Assembly (NCBI RefSeq): GCF_018977255.1
Contig: NW_024704743.1
Coordinates: 6,760,001-6,824,000 of the forward strand
Origin: Callorhinchus milii
Lineage: Eukaryota
Length of the DNA: 64,000 bases
Direction: 5' to 3'
This document shows positions 37,456-52,050 of this stretch, piece after piece (the first letter of the stretch is position 1; each line of letters opens with the position of its first letter). The notes below the pieces were generated by a model that saw only the letters and a list, made by a program, of their open reading frames with translations, had not been told where the DNA came from and made no database searches. Position numbers and translations under genes: made by a program.

Positions 37456-40316
37456 ATTTTAGAATTAACTTCTTTATGCTGAGGTTGGATGACAAGGTCC
37501 CAAAAGGAATTAGTAAATGGATTTTTGAAGGGGGTTACTGACTATTGCCAAGATTCTGAAGAAAGGAAGAGGATCCCAAATAACACTCCATGCACTAGTG
37601 TATTTCTCTGCATTATCAACCTTGCCGAATGCCACTGCATTCAGGAGCTTAAATGTGATATGCATGAGCAAGTCATGGCCAAAGTGAGATTCTTCCAGCA
37701 AGTTCAATGTAAAACGCACAACGTCTAAATCAGCAGAACAAATGTGAACCCACCAAGTCTGTGAAAAAGTGAAATGATGTGCAATGCCATAACTGTTCAG
37801 GATGATTAAGTGATATCTCTTTAGAGTAGGTGAGGAATCTTTCAGATAGTCTCAGGCATTTATAAAGATGATTTTTTGGTGCTGGTACACTATTTTCCGA
37901 AGAATGCACCTTTGCCAATTTCATGCAAAATTAGGAATAAAGTTTGATGTGAATGCTGGCACAATTTGTAGGCTTTACACAATGCTGTCAATGTTAATGC
38001 ATTCCAGCCGGCACCATAGTACAAATGTACAATTCATAACTTTCATCAGTCAGGTTTGACGGAAAGTGAATCACCTTTTTACCTGCTGTGCACGGTCAGA
38101 AAAGCACAAACTAAGTCTTATTTGATGATGTCCTGCAGGTAATAATGTTACAAAGAGCAAGTATTAAGATAAATATTATGGTTTGGAGAACTGTTTACTT
38201 TTACAGAAGCTAACTTAGAACATTTGTATATTTAGTGGGCAACGGAGCTATTTTAGATGCAAATGTAAGATTATGTTTCACAGCTGTTTTTAAAAACATG
38301 TAGATATTTAAAGTTATTTACTAATGTTCCAATTTTACACAGTAAGACCACACCAATCAATCAATTAATCAATTCAATATGAAATTGCACTTTAGTATAT
38401 ATTTCAGTAACCTTTGGAATGATTTGGGACCCAAATAAATATTGAATAAGAAACAAATCCAAATTATGAATCCCTCTTTGCCTTTCACTTCCTCTCACCA
38501 CCTTCATAAGCCTCTTAAAAATGTAACTTTAAAACCTAACTCTTTGACTGTGCACTTGGTCAATAACAGTGAATTACACAGACTCTCCTGAAAATTTGGT
38601 GCTCATCCTACGTGAAAGGTGCTGCCTACATAAGTACTGAATCGTAAACAAATAAAGTAATGAACAATGGGCAAATGACCAACATTAATAGTTTCAGGCA
38701 GGATTAGGCCATTTATTTGTCCATCCAGCTAACCCATCCAAATTTCCAAGGGATTCTATCAACACTGCTGCATCTCCATTATTGTAGCAAGCGATTAACG
38801 GGATGATAGAAGGTGAACTAGATGGACATTGGTGTTTTTTCGTCCAGCAGTTCCTATGTTCTATATGATCGTATAATAAACTCTTTTAAATTCCAAAAAG
38901 TTATCCAGCTTCATTTTCAAGATGCTTCTTCATTCCTTGATCCACCACCAGTACTGGCAGTTTGTTTCACAAGTTTATGGTCTTTTTCTAAAAACATTTC
39001 ACTCACACTTTCTGTTCACTTTTTGTTGTCCATACTTTGGAGCTGGGTCTCCTTGTTCTTTTCTTACATGGCATGAAATCTGGGTCCAAATGTTTTGAAC
39101 CGTTTATAACAGTAAACACTTATATTCAATCCCAGCTCAGTCTTCTTGGTCAATAGAGAAAAGTGTTAGGTTGGCCAATATTTGCTCAATGTTCTAATGC
39201 CTAAATTCTGGAATGTATCTCGTAGCTCTCCATTACATACCCACGAAGGACGGAATATCTTTATTCGCCTTTTGCAACAACACGTTTTTCAGATCCAAAT
39301 GAAAAAAAGGACAAAGTATTCTGGCTGCAAAGACAAGGGAGTTCCCGGTGTGCTGATCAACAATCCCCCAGATCAAATTGGTCATTCACCTCATGGTTGT
39401 TTGTACAAAATACACAGTCACTGTGAAAGCACAGTAAATCCTGTGAAGTGGTTTGACACATCCAACCGATTTGAAAAACTCTATATTAAATGTAAGGTTA
39501 ATCGTTGTCATCATTATTGTAACATGGACTATTTCTAGCGAGTGGGTGGTTTATCGTCAAATCCACTCTTGCAATAATGAAAGAAAGAAATAAAAATGTG
39601 AAAACAGCAGTTTTATACCCCCAACCCCTCACCGCCCTTAGGAACGAAAATCTAAAGCAAATAAATTATTTGACAGACAACTCAGCTAACCTTGAAAATA
39701 ACACCTGATGTCACGGGGGATTGACAAGGCAGCAGTAGCAACAGCAGCGGACAACAGAAGTTTTATTTAATATTTTTTCCCTCCATTAATCTAAACTTGT
39801 CACCCCAGCTATTGCAGCCGAAACCTGTGCCAAGGTACCTTGTGGGCTTGAGGAGAGCCATCCCCAGCAAAAGACCACCGTAAAAGCTTTATATGCTTGA
39901 CTGGTTTTATGGGCTGCTAACCACAAACACACTGCAGAAGTGAATGCATTTATTGAGCAGGACAAACACTTGGGTATTTGTGTTACTTGACAAAAGTTCC
40001 TACATATGTAGAGACCAGACACACGGATATTTAGAAGTATGCATTCATAGATGTACAGACCGACTCAAGACAGTGTCATAACACATCCCACTATTTCCAG
40101 AATTTCAACAGGATTTTTTTATTTCCAAAAAATATTAACTCAATATTAAAATTAATATTGAATGAGAGATTATTTTTTAATTAGATTTGCAGTGGATAAA
40201 TATTCAAAATATCTTTCAAGAGCACAGCGCTGATTTAAATGGAAATTAACAAGAGAAATTACGTATTTAAGGATAGCAGAAAACAAAGATCGTCATAAGT
40301 ATTATTTAAAATAAAT

Positions 40317-40722
40317 GTAATAATCTCTGCATTTGATATTACACCTTTTACGTTGGGAGGATATTTCAAAGAGCTTCACAAGATTTTGCTGTAAAGTGTA
40401 GGGACTGTATTTTGTAGGTGAAGACAGCAGTTAATTTATCCACAAATACCCAAGAAGTGAGTAAACAATTGTGTTTGGAAGATTATTTGCCCATAGAGGA
40501 GAAATTCCTTTCTCTTTCTGAATAGTGCCATGGGATCTTTAACACCCCCCTGAACAGGCAAATGGGACTTCAAATTGATGTCTCATCCGAAGAACAGCAC
40601 CTCCAACAATGCAGCACTAACCCCAGTACGGCACTGGAATGTCAACCCAGACTTGGTTCAAAGTCTCAGTGTGGGACTTGAACCAACGACCTTTTGACTA
40701 ACAACCGAGCCAGGCTGACACC
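40317..40722 (-). mobile_element. Old Deu-domain SINE, near full length
   Basis: Contains aatagtgccatgggatctttaac (reverse Deu core), head near 40720, L2-type tail near 40320. Confidence 0.78.
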
Positions 40723-40989
40723 AAATAATGGAAATATTATTCAAATTGGTTCAAGGAAATATTAACTTGCATACCAAAAGGAAGATTATTTTATTTCTGT
40801 GTGAATTCCAATTGGAAACTGAACAAAATACTTAATGTTCTTTCCACTTCCATGTAATGCATAAATTACATAACTTTGTTCAACCCAGTTTCCTGTACAG
40901 TCCTGAATTTGCAATATCTAAATGTATTGCACAACATACAATAAAAATATTAAACAAAGCACAGCAAAACCGGCTGCAAGTATTTATAA

Positions 40990-41395
40990 TAGTAATAACT
41001 TACATTTGATACAGCAACTTTCACATTAAGAGGGCATCTAAAAGCGCTTCACAGAATGCACTGTAAAATGTAATGACTGTATTTTACAGGCGAATGCCAC
41101 AGCCAATCTGCACACAGCAATGTCCCACAGCCATGAAGAGAGTGATCAATACCAATTTTACTTTTGACCATAAAAAAAACTTATTTTTGGATTGCTGGCC
41201 AGGTCCTCAAAGACACTCTCTACTCTTGTACCATGGGATCTTTTAGACTCAACTGAACAGGCAAACGGGATTTACTGTCTCACTTGTAGGAATGCACCTC
41301 CTACAAAATAGCACACCACCAGCACTGTATTGAAGTATCAACCTAGACTGAGATCAAAGTCCTAACATGGTGCTCTCAATTAAGCCAGGCTGATA
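40990..41395 (-). mobile_element. Old Deu-domain SINE
   Basis: gtaccatgggatctttt...ctgaacaggcaaacggga; same layout as the 40317 copy. Confidence 0.72.
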
Positions 41396-42060
41396 GACAC
41401 AGTTTAACTTTTATTTAAATTAAAAAGAGCGTAAAAAAAGAATGTGCACTGCACTCATATGGCTGGCAACCAAGGTGTACAAGCACTCTGGGACGCTACT
41501 CTGGGTGAGGGGCGCTATATAAATGCAAGCTGCTGTTGTTGTACAAATCCGATATTCATCCCAACCCTAACCTGGTCCAGTGCAAATATGGCAGAAACAA
41601 AGTAAGCATAAATATTAGCAAACTTGTAGTACACAAGAGGTTAGACTGAAATTTGATGGGATTCCCAACACCACATTGAAGATTAGCAACCAGTTGCTGA
41701 TATATCCACTGTACAGTAGGATGCTGTGTTAATCACACTGAATAACAAGGTAGTCTAGTGTTTGTAACTGAATAACGAGAATAGATTGCATTAGTGATTG
41801 TGTATCAGTACTGTTGTCCTGAGAGCAATAACCTTCAGTGAAGAAGCACATTCAAAGATAGATAGCATTCAAGTCAGAACACTTAGATTTTACCTTATTT
41901 GCACTATAGACAGGCGGATCACTTCACCCATTCAAGAACATCTTGAATGTAGTCACCAGCACTACATTAAGACGAAGTGCAACAAACTCAAAGTCAAAAA
42001 TCTTTTTTTAAAACAAAAATATACCTGTATCCCTCAAATGTTCATGCTTAACATGCCTAC

Positions 42061-42135
42061 CTTGGTTTCTTTCACTTCTGTCTCCTCTTTGATGCCAGGG
42101 ATTATTTTAAAAGTTATTGCTCCTTGTGACTGAGC
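42061..42135 (-). CDS. MPP7: MPP7 coding exon (PDZ end, linker), 75 nt, phase 0-0
   Basis: Acceptor ttttttgtccAG, donor AAG|GTaggc. Translates AQSQGAITFKIIPGIKEETEVKETK. Confidence 0.95.
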
Positions 42136-45029
42136 CTGGACAAAAAAACGAGAAGCCCACATCAGCAAATGGGTTTTTAGTTTAAAAAAAGTATCAATCA
42201 GCTTCACATCATGTGTCACAATGAAAACCCACTCATTCATAGCATTTGAGATCAATAAAGATGATTTATCACTACATTTCTTGATTATTCAAAACAAACA
42301 AACAATCTGTGTGTCGTTTTTCTTCGTGTTTTTTTCTGAATATCCTGAATACAGAATGCCATTCAGCAGTGTCTTTAGAAATACACAACAAAATATCTTT
42401 TAACATCAGCATACGTTTGTGGCTTCAGTTTTTTGCCTCCAAATAAGCTTAATCAACAGCATATATAAACACCTAGAATTGTGTACACCTTTAGCAAAAG
42501 AGAATGAGCTAATTATACCTGCAGTCTCTATGAAGGCAGTGTTGAATTCAGGCCTACCAGTGTAGGCTTGATGATAATACATTCCTCGTAATATCCGAGA
42601 ACTCTTCCCCCACACCAAGCCAGACTATTTCGGGCCAAATAAATGTTGAAATTTTGAATGGCCTGGCGAAGGAGCAGGCTAAATGCACGTACCGTAAAAG
42701 CATCAAATCATGACAATGTTATCGTAAACAGAGTGAGATTTGGGAAACTAATTTTAACAGGCTTCAATCTGTGCCCCAGTAGGTATTTTGAAAAAGAATA
42801 TCAAGTTTTAAAATGTATAGTATATAGTCACCTGCCTAATATCAATCGAAACCATTCTGTTTCCGTTTACATATACAATTTATAGCTTCTTCACTTTTAA
42901 CCACTTTTCCTATTATAGAGAGGCTTAAATGCTTTCTGAAATCAACAATGTTAATCACATTATCTTCACACACTGTTAGATTAGTTAATATTATCTGGAT
43001 TTCACAAACCGATGAGAGATAGGCTTTACTGCCTTTGCATTCAGCACTGGATTGCTTGCTTAGTACTCATATTTCATCTCCTCTCCCTTATCGATATTCA
43101 AGTTAACATACCTGTAACTCCCATGATAGTTGTGACCTATTTTAACATTGGAAGATTCTGAGCTATTTGCCAAAACATCAAATTTCCACCCACCATCCCC
43201 TGAATTCTGAATTAATTTTGTGCTCTCAGATTGGATTCCGCTTGGAACCACTGATATATGAATGCTGCGTTTGCCTACAAAAGGTCGCTATATTTGACAG
43301 TAATTATCTATCAAACGTTTTGAGACTTAAACATAAGGTGCTGTAAAAATGCTTTTTATTCCCTCCGTCTTTTTTTAAAAAAAGATTTAGAGTAAAGTAA
43401 ATCTGGTAGAGTCAATTCGCCCCCTCCCCACTGCAATAGTTTGACAAAACAATCATCTCACCCATATCACCTCTCATCTTTAAGAGTTCCCACTTGTTCC
43501 ACAATGTTTTGCCTGTTAGACATGCTTAAAGAATTTCTATTTTCCCTTATGTTCATTGCAGTTTTTTCCAAACTCATTGAACTTCATATTATTTCCATCT
43601 CTTCACAAATACGTTTTCCAATCTGCCCTCTTCTCATTTGCTTCAAATTACTTTTGATTTTCCTTAACATTTTTTCCTATCCTTCCTACTTAACTGTTTA
43701 GGGTCTAGATTTGGACATTAACTAGCTACTTCTGAAAATTACTCATTTCATTTACATTTTCTCCTGTTTTTTCTTCAAATTATTAAATGTTTGTTTAAAC
43801 TTTCCCCCGCTAGTTCTGATGAATCCAGTGTTCAGCTCCAGTCCCAACATCTCTGATAATGTCCACTTCCAGCAAGACTTGAATAACTCTCAAGCTGGGG
43901 CTGACAAGTGGCAAGTAACATTCATACCACATAATTACCAGGGACTGACCATCTCCAACAATCACCTCGCCCTCACAACCAACACCGAGTCCCCACATCT
44001 ACATCTGGAGGCCACTGTTGGGACGATATTTAACTATTTAAGAGGAAGCTAGATATACACGTGAATGAGGAGGGAATAGAAGGGTATGGGATGGAAATTC
44101 TGGAATTCTCTCCCTCAATTCTTCCGCCTTGCCCCCTCCTTCCCCTTTTGTGCATCACGCCTAAAGACCTTTCTTTTCAAACATGCTTACAGTTATCTCC
44201 TCCCTCCTACCAGCTCAACGTCAGGCTCTGCCACTGTTAAGTGCTGTGAGACATTACCCTGAATGAAGAGCACTGTATAAATGCAAGTTGTTGTTGTACT
44301 ATCTTAAGTTGTTGCTCTCGTGTCACTGACTCACTGACAGGTAGAAATATTTTCCACCTATTAACTCTATCATAATTTTAAAGATCTGTATCTCAACCTG
44401 TTTTGAACTCACCGCTCACTTGAATGGGTGCAGTGAAAACACTCGTTCACTCACCATCCTGATTTGGACATGTATCAGAGTTCCCTGGTTAAAATTCTGG
44501 AACTGTCAACAACACCACATGTGCAAGCAACATGGGGTGTTGTGAAAGGATTGCAGTGGTTTTAAAAGGGCCCATATCACCTTCATCCCTTCACACCCTC
44601 CCCCAACATCAATCTTTCTTTCTTCATAACCCTAAAATTTGGCACAAGTTTTATTTGGGGATTGTTTTGGTGCTCAATAATGTCCAGCGTGTGTTACATC
44701 CTCAGTATCAAGCACTGCCAAGTCAGACATAGCATGTAAGCTAAATAATGAAGCTCTCCTTTATACTGTACCAATAAATATACCTTCAACACCACCTCAA
44801 ACTGCACCTTCTCACTGCTCCAATGTGGCAGTTCCATTCTCACCCAGCCAGCATTTTACCACAATGCCAATTTGTGCTGCATTAAGGGAAGGAACCTTTA
44901 GAATATAGGTCTGGGAACATTGAGAAGTAGGTATGACTTGCAACTTGCACTTCACTATCTTACAACGTTATAAGGAAGCAGCTAACTTCATGTCTATCTG
45001 ACTTGAGGTACAGACCGCAAAGTTGAAAG

Positions 45030-45750
45030 GACAATTTTATAACCACACCAATCCCAAATGCTGTCCATGTCTGGTTATCAAATTATCTCTGGCAGGATAT
45101 TAGCCCCTTGAGAAGGTACAAGATGATCTATTGCAACAGAAACGTAAGTTATGAAAGGTTAAAAAAGTAGTGCCTCTCTCTCTGCAAAAGAGATGTGGGT
45201 GATATGTTTGAGTTTTGAAGATTTTGCAGATATTTTTGAGTAAAGTTGATTCAGGAAAATTGTTCGCAATCTTAAACAGTTCATAGTACTAGAGGAGAAA
45301 TAAATTAAATCGTACTGAATTATTTATTTACCTATTTTGCATAAACTTGCAGAATAAATTATGAGGGAAGATTAATTAAACATGTAGAACAAACAAGTTC
45401 AAGATACATTTCCAGAGAGTTTCTGGATAAGAGACGGATTGCAGGCCTAGTTGATGCATTAGTCGAATTAAAAAGTGATAGGGTTTGTGATTAAGGTACA
45501 ATAGCCCTGTTCTGAAAATATTTTATCCCAAAAGAAACTAAGGGGAAGGTTAGGAAGAAATTCTTTACTCAGAAGGTGATAGAATTCTTTGGACCAAAAT
45601 GGGGCAGACAACAGGAGTCCACACTATCTTTTGAAAGGGAATGTGCAGATGCTTGAAAAAAAAGGAACATTAAAGGATTTGGGGGAAAAAACAGGAGTGG
45701 AGACTTGTAGGGCTGAATGGCCTGTTTCTGTGCTGGAGTCTTTAATTTCT
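45030..45750 (+). mobile_element. Degenerate CR1 3' end
   Basis: ttgagaaggtacaagatg...aggaagaaattctttactcagaaggtg...gggctgaatggcctgtttctgtgctg. Confidence 0.65.
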
Positions 45751-45936
45751 TAAGTTGAGTGCTTATCTTCTATTTAGAAATAATTTGACATCTTAACTTC
45801 TAAAGAGATTTGAAAGAAATCTGAGCTAAGAAGCACCAAAATATAAGCCAACGAAAGCGAGAGGTTTCTGCTGTGGAAGATGACTGAAAATGCCTCATTT
45901 CTCGAGGCATAAAAACAGTCCTGAAGACCTGCCTCA

Positions 45937-46239
<303 letters not shown>

Positions 46240-46285
46240 TTACAATGCACTTTTGCTTTTACAAAACAGAGAACTAAAATCATAC

Positions 46286-46367
46286 CGCTTCTGTCGGCAG
46301 CCCCTCCTCGCATGATTCTTGCCACAACAATCGCACCGGTTTGTTCGTCTCTTCTTATTGTTGCTCC
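46286..46367 (-). CDS. MPP7: MPP7 coding exon (PDZ), 82 nt, phase 0-1
   Basis: Acceptor tttattAG, donor G|GTatga. Translates [27 protein letters not shown](G), the p55-MAGUK PDZ signature. Not in the ORF track. Confidence 0.95.
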
Positions 46368-47619
46368 CTAATAAACCAGAAAGGGAAAGAAAGTGGGGGG
46401 GGAGAGGAAATTTTCATTTATTATCAAAATAAAGATGGCTCATTTTTAATTTTTGTCAGTACTGAGGAATGAGGCTCAAATAGTTATTGAATCTTAGAAA
46501 ACATTGCAATAGGAAGTGTTTATATTTATTTCATTATCAAGTATAAACAGTTTATCCCATTTCAGAGAAGCAGAGAATGTTACAGCATAGAATCAGGCAA
46601 TTCAGCCCATCACGTCTGTGCTGGTACCTTTTTCCACATGATCCACCTAATCTAATCACACTCTCCATACCCTTTAATACCCTTTTTTTCAAATATCTAA
46701 TTCTCATTTGAAATAATTCCACTGTTTTAAGAAAATAAAAATAATTCCCCAAAGCAAAAGTTTGTCCAGCCACTATTAACGTCAGAATAGCTTCAACGTT
46801 TGTGATTGAATTAAACTTAATCCAGTGGACTTCTGGGTCACAGTTAACTTTTTTAAAAAAAATAATCAAATTACTGAGATCCTGGGGCACTTCGCAAGGA
46901 CAGCGGGTGGAAGAGAATAAAGACTTTGGAATGAAGCAAATTTCAGTAATCTCCAATACAAATAGAATCACTTCACTTAAAGGGGAAAGGAAATCTTGCA
47001 GCAGTACTTTCTTCAAAGTAGTCCTCTTCTCCCCCACTCCAACCCACCCCCCCCCCACCCATATAGAAGAAACTGGACCTGCGTCCTTTTCAAGGCTCCT
47101 CCAGGGACTTCACTGATTGTGAGGAGTCAGTGGAGTTCCAATGTGACTATTGATTTAAATAGGTTGGAGTTTATTTGGAGTTGGATAACCATGTCATATA
47201 TCACTTAAACACGAGAAAGCACAAGGGGGAGAATGCAAAAAAACTCCCTCATTGGTATTTCTCATTCCAGGGATAAATGTGTTTTTACATCTACACTTAT
47301 TCTTTCCATAATCTAGGAGAAGTGCTTTGTTCAGAAAGCATTCCCTCCAGACTCAAGCTTCCCCTTGAAATGTAAAAGCTAACATTTTTAAGTCTAGTGG
47401 AAACTCGCTATTTAGGGAAGTCAGTAGAAGAAATTTATTTTGTTCTGGTCAGGATTTTGGACACTTTCACTTACACATTAAAAAAACAAAACATAAAAAG
47501 TGGCCTGAATTGTCCTCATTACTGAGTTTTTTTTGTATCTTAAAAGGAGCCGAAAGATAAACTGAGATTTGATTATGAACAAGGAAAACGATTGAAAGGA
47601 TCAGCATGTTAATCGCTTA

Positions 47620-48045
47620 CAATCTTTAACCATGTTACAGAACACTTCTTGACGGCCCTATGGACCACAGACTGTCCACCACTATCCTAACTACTCTGTG
47701 TGAAAAAGAAATCTCTTAACCCCCTCATTTGCTCATCTACTATCTTACACTGATGCCCTCCAGGCCCTGATTCACCAAATAGTGGAAATAATTTCTCCCC
47801 ACTAACTATCAAAACCCTTTATAATTTTAAAGACCTCTTTCAGGGTCAACTCTCAACCTTGTTTCTTCCAGTTTCTCCAGTCTCGCTCATAGGCCAAACC
47901 ACTTGTCCCAAGTATCATCCAAGAAAATCTCCTTTGTATCCCTCTATCATCTTGACATCTTTCCTAAAGGAGGTGGGGGGCGAAGAGAGGATGGGCCACT
48001 AATAGATAGAATATTCTAATTGAGATCTACCTAATGTTTCATTAT
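47620..48045 (-). mobile_element. Degenerate CR1 fragment
   Basis: Parallels 19430-19720 (tgtgtgaaaaa...aaatctcctttg...cttgacat). Confidence 0.65.
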
Positions 48046-49029
48046 ACAAATTGACATTCTTAGCCAGGTCACTGCAAGTTTCTCTCTGTACATAAATAGT
48101 GGAATAAGATCTTTAATAGCTAACCAAGCCTAAAATATGTTTTGGTCAACTAGCTGTCTGAAATATTCAGAAATCCTCCACCATGCTTAAGAGCACTTAA
48201 ATAAGACAGAGTTCCACATATGTATGCCACCTACACATGGAACTTTCTGGAATGGAATGCATCCTGAGTGGGATGCTCCCTGCCTTTCTAATTCCAGAGA
48301 TTATTAGGCACAGGTTAGCAAGAGCCAAGTTTTGGGATTCCTAGAATGTGCCTTATGGTAATGATGGGAGTTTAACCAGCTAATACCACATAGCTTGCCA
48401 CAGACTGGTAAACTTCCCGCTGCTTGTCAAGCTAGGAATACCCTAGCTATTAGGTGTTTGGCTTGTAGGATTAAGGGGGGCTGAGTTGGAAGAAACCCTG
48501 CTCCCAGTATGGTAGTCAAGATCTAGATTTAACATCTCATCTGAAGGATGGCATTTCTCACAGTGCAGTTTCCAGTACTACACTACAATCTCAGTCTAGT
48601 CTGTGAGCTAACGTTGAAAAGTCATGTTTTAAACCACAGCTATCTGATCCAGAGGCAATAAAGCCAAGTTAATACAGTATATCCTGCAATCAACCACAAA
48701 TATTGTGTATGGTTATTTAATTATCTGCAGATTAGCTGGATACATAAATTCACAACGCTGTTTCAGTGTCTGCAAATTTAGTTCAAATAATCTCAGCATG
48801 AATTCAGAACCAAACGGATGTGACTGTTACAGTGGCTGTTTGGCGACTGCCAAAAGTGCAATATCCGGTGTTAGTTTAAGCAGGACAACTTCCAAGAGAG
48901 TAGAAACTAAGCAAATCCTTGGTGGGTCAATGTGAACTGACAGATCACTTAATGGTCTGGTGATGACTCTTCATCATAACTGAATCCTTAAACCATTGTC
49001 ATTTTCAGTGTTGATAATCTGCTGTTTTT

Positions 49030-49245
49030 ATCTGGAATGCACTGCCTGAAAGGGTAGTGGAAGCAAATTCATTAATAGCTTTCAAAATGGAATGGATATT
49101 TGCTTGAAAAATAAAAAAAATTGCAAGGCTATGGGGAAAGATCAGCGGAATGGGACTAATTGGATAGCTCTTTTAAAGAGCCGGCATACGCACAATGGGA
49201 AGATGGGCTGCTTCTGTGCTGTGGGATTCTTTGATTCTGTGATTG
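49030..49245 (+). mobile_element. CR1 3' UTR fragment
   Basis: Reverse complement matches ~19225-19430. Similar pieces at ~1640-1865, 4110-4310, 22250-22470, 46570-46700, 49380-49555, 51340-51545, 54380-54850, 55740-56200 and 62220-62470. Confidence 0.75.
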
Positions 49246-49797
49246 ATAATTTCTAGCATCTGAACTCTCAGTCTGGTGTGGATACTCAAGTGAAGTAATA
49301 GATTTCTGCATATGCTAGACACCCAGCGGCCCCGGCCCCCACCCCCCAAAAAGTTGTTAGAATACGGAATGCCTTGACACAAGTGATTATTGAAGCTATG
49401 AGCAAATCATTTGAATGGGAATTAGATAAAGGAACAACATGAAAGGGTATGGGAAGAACAGGGAATTGGGCTTAGAGTAACTCACTCCAATGGAGATGCC
49501 AGCACCAATATCAACGGAATTACTTCCTTCACTCTGTGCTGTAATCTCTATGATTGATCCCTTTGTCGAAGAAACATAACTGCACCCATCAGAGTGTGCC
49601 CAGAGGTAGATACAGCAATGAGACGGGAGGCAGACTCCACATCGGCTGTGATTTGCAGATATCACAAGATCTTAAAAGAATGAACTTCAGAAACAAGCTG
49701 ATAACACTGTATAGCTAAGTTGCTAACAGGCTGCCTTGAAGAAATACTTAATCAAATATCTATATAAAAAANTATAAATGAGAACATGTCACTATAC

Positions 49798-49929
49798 CAG
49801 TGGCTCTTTGTTTTTGACAAGACGAATGATTTTCACTGAATCTTCATCATCATCGAGGTCATCAGGCATTGGGGGTAACACAGGGTCATAATTCTTCGAA
49901 GCCACTGTGTCATGAACAGATAGTAGAGC
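49798..49929 (-). CDS. MPP7: MPP7 coding exon (end of L27C domain, start of PDZ), 132 nt, phase 0-0
   Basis: Acceptor ttataaacAG, donor CTG|GTatag. Translates [44 protein letters not shown], closely matching recalled MPP7 sequence. Confidence 0.95.
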
Positions 49930-51759
49930 CTGTTTATAAGTAAATGTGCAGCAATAAACACAGCGTACAATGCAGAAACACCCGGCCTTAAACCAAGACA
50001 TTGCACACTGCAAATTGAAAGGAAGTTTGTTTTTGGACTTGAAAGGTTCAGTTGCCCACGCTATGCTACAATTTTTCATATTCCAATTTGCTAATCACAA
50101 GCCTGTCGTGCCATCACTGGAGGCAGAGCTTTCAGTCACTTTGTCCCAACAATACAACAATAGAAGTTGTTGTATTTAACTTCATATAAAGGTGGATGTC
50201 AGCTCATATATAAAATGAATGATCCATATTTCTGTTATGCAACATTATTGGCATATTTTAATAGGTTTTGACCAGCTGAAAATCGAATAACAAATGTTCC
50301 TATCTGAACCAGTGTATTCTGGCATAGATAAGTTGACGTCTTAGATTCAGTAAGATTCATATTCCATTCCAGTAGGACTGCAAGCGAAATACCGATTTAG
50401 ACCAGTTATACTGAATCAACCTAAAATCAATTAAAGTACATGACGCAACTACCCCACAATAGAACACAACAACATTGCACACACATTATGAGGCATTCAG
50501 ACCAGATTCACAATAGTGAACTCTGGATTCCCTTATTCTGGTGCGGCTCAAATCGGGAACAGCTGGAATGACTATGCTGTACATCAGGGACCAAGTTCTG
50601 GCTGGATTCAGTAAACCACCACAGTCCACAGTATGCAGTGTTAATGGGGGCAAATTTGCTTGTGCGAAGTGGATTGAGTACAGTGGTTAGAGGAGACACA
50701 ATGTAGGAATGTAAACACAAGCATAAATATATCAACTAGTTTTGAAAGAAAAACTAGTGGGAAAGAGATTTATCTTTACTATCCTGTACTTCACATTGTT
50801 GTTATTTGTCAAAGCAGCTTTGAATGATTCCAAACCATGTGTGCACCAACACTAAATTCCAACTGAATAGGAAGTGATCAGCTACGCAGTGCAAAAGATG
50901 CATTCTAATTGTGAGACACTGAACACCTCACTAAAAACAATGCAAGTTTGAACTTTTGACCAATCATTTTACCTCTTTCTAACACCAATTCAGAAAGGGC
51001 AAAACAAGCTCCGAAAAACCTCAGTTTTACTGCAAGAGCAGGTGAGCTTTCACACCTTGAAACTCTAGACTTGCTGAATAGCACTCACTGCCAATCTGGT
51101 ACTGCAGTGATGATGTTTTCGAAAGGTACTCCCACATTTTTGGTGATGACCACAGGCAATACTGTGCTACAGATGGAGTTAGGGTGCAGCGGGTTTGAAA
51201 TGTTTGAAAAACTTCAGACATTTGTGTTCACATTTTTGATGAGTGAGAGAAATGGACTGCTCTTTTCAATCATTAGAATTTCACAGGGGCTCTGTGGACG
51301 TGCAGTGGCTAGAGAGGAGACACAGTGTGAATACAAGCATAAAGGAGAGTGGAAATCTGGAACTCTCTCCCCCAAAAAGCTGTGCATGCTGGATCCATTC
51401 AAATTTTCAAGGCTGAGGTGAATAGATTTTTGTTAGGTAAGGGTATCAAGGAGTATGGGGCAAGGGTGGGTAAATGGAGTTGAGGTACAGATCATCCATG
51501 ATCTAATAGAAGGGCGGAACAGGCCCAAGATGCTATGTTCCTATGATGTGGATGCTTTATAACAGAGCATAACCATTGGTAGTGGCTGGGGTCAAATTTG
51601 CAGGTTGGGTTGACAACCCATGAACAATATTTGCAGGTTGTGAAGCAATGTGCAAACACTGTTCAGAAAGAACTTCAAGTGCTCCCTATACTGTACTAAT
51701 CAACAAATGTTTAGCAAAGACAAGTGTCTAGCTCAGACCTTTTCCCAAAATAAAACAGA

Positions 51760-52050
51760 GTAGCTCTACACTGATAATTTTAGCGCAGTTTAGCTCACGC
51801 TGGTAGCAATTCTACAACAGCATTGCTCACAATCATAGCAATTTTATAACTGCTTTGCTAACATTGTTTGCAATTTTATGATGACTTTACTGACACTGAT
51901 GAAAATAGTATGATAGCTTTGCTCATATTGATAGAATTTTTTATAATGGCTTTGCTCACAAAGATAGCAATTTTATAATAAATTAGCTCACACTAAATTT
52001 TATAGCAATTTAGTTCACACCGATAATTTTAGAAGTTTAGTTCATAGCAG
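51760..52050. repeat. Degenerate ~32-bp minisatellite, about 9 units
   Basis: Recurring unit resembling gctcacactgatagcaattttataatagcttt. Confidence 0.85.

Noticed and set aside
37690..37800. Harbinger Myb/SANT remnant (KK*NDV)
   Set aside because: Similarity is only a few residues; not supportable without an HMM search.
44700..44890. LF-SINE-related fragment
   Set aside because: Resemblance to a recalled motif is too short and degenerate to call.
46552..47116. Overlapping 168-aa and 104-aa ORFs
   Set aside because: No domain similarity, partly CR1 3' UTR, and no splice fit to MPP7.
51760..52050. CRISPR-like array
   Set aside because: Vertebrate intron, degenerate contiguous units, no unique spacers and no cas genes.
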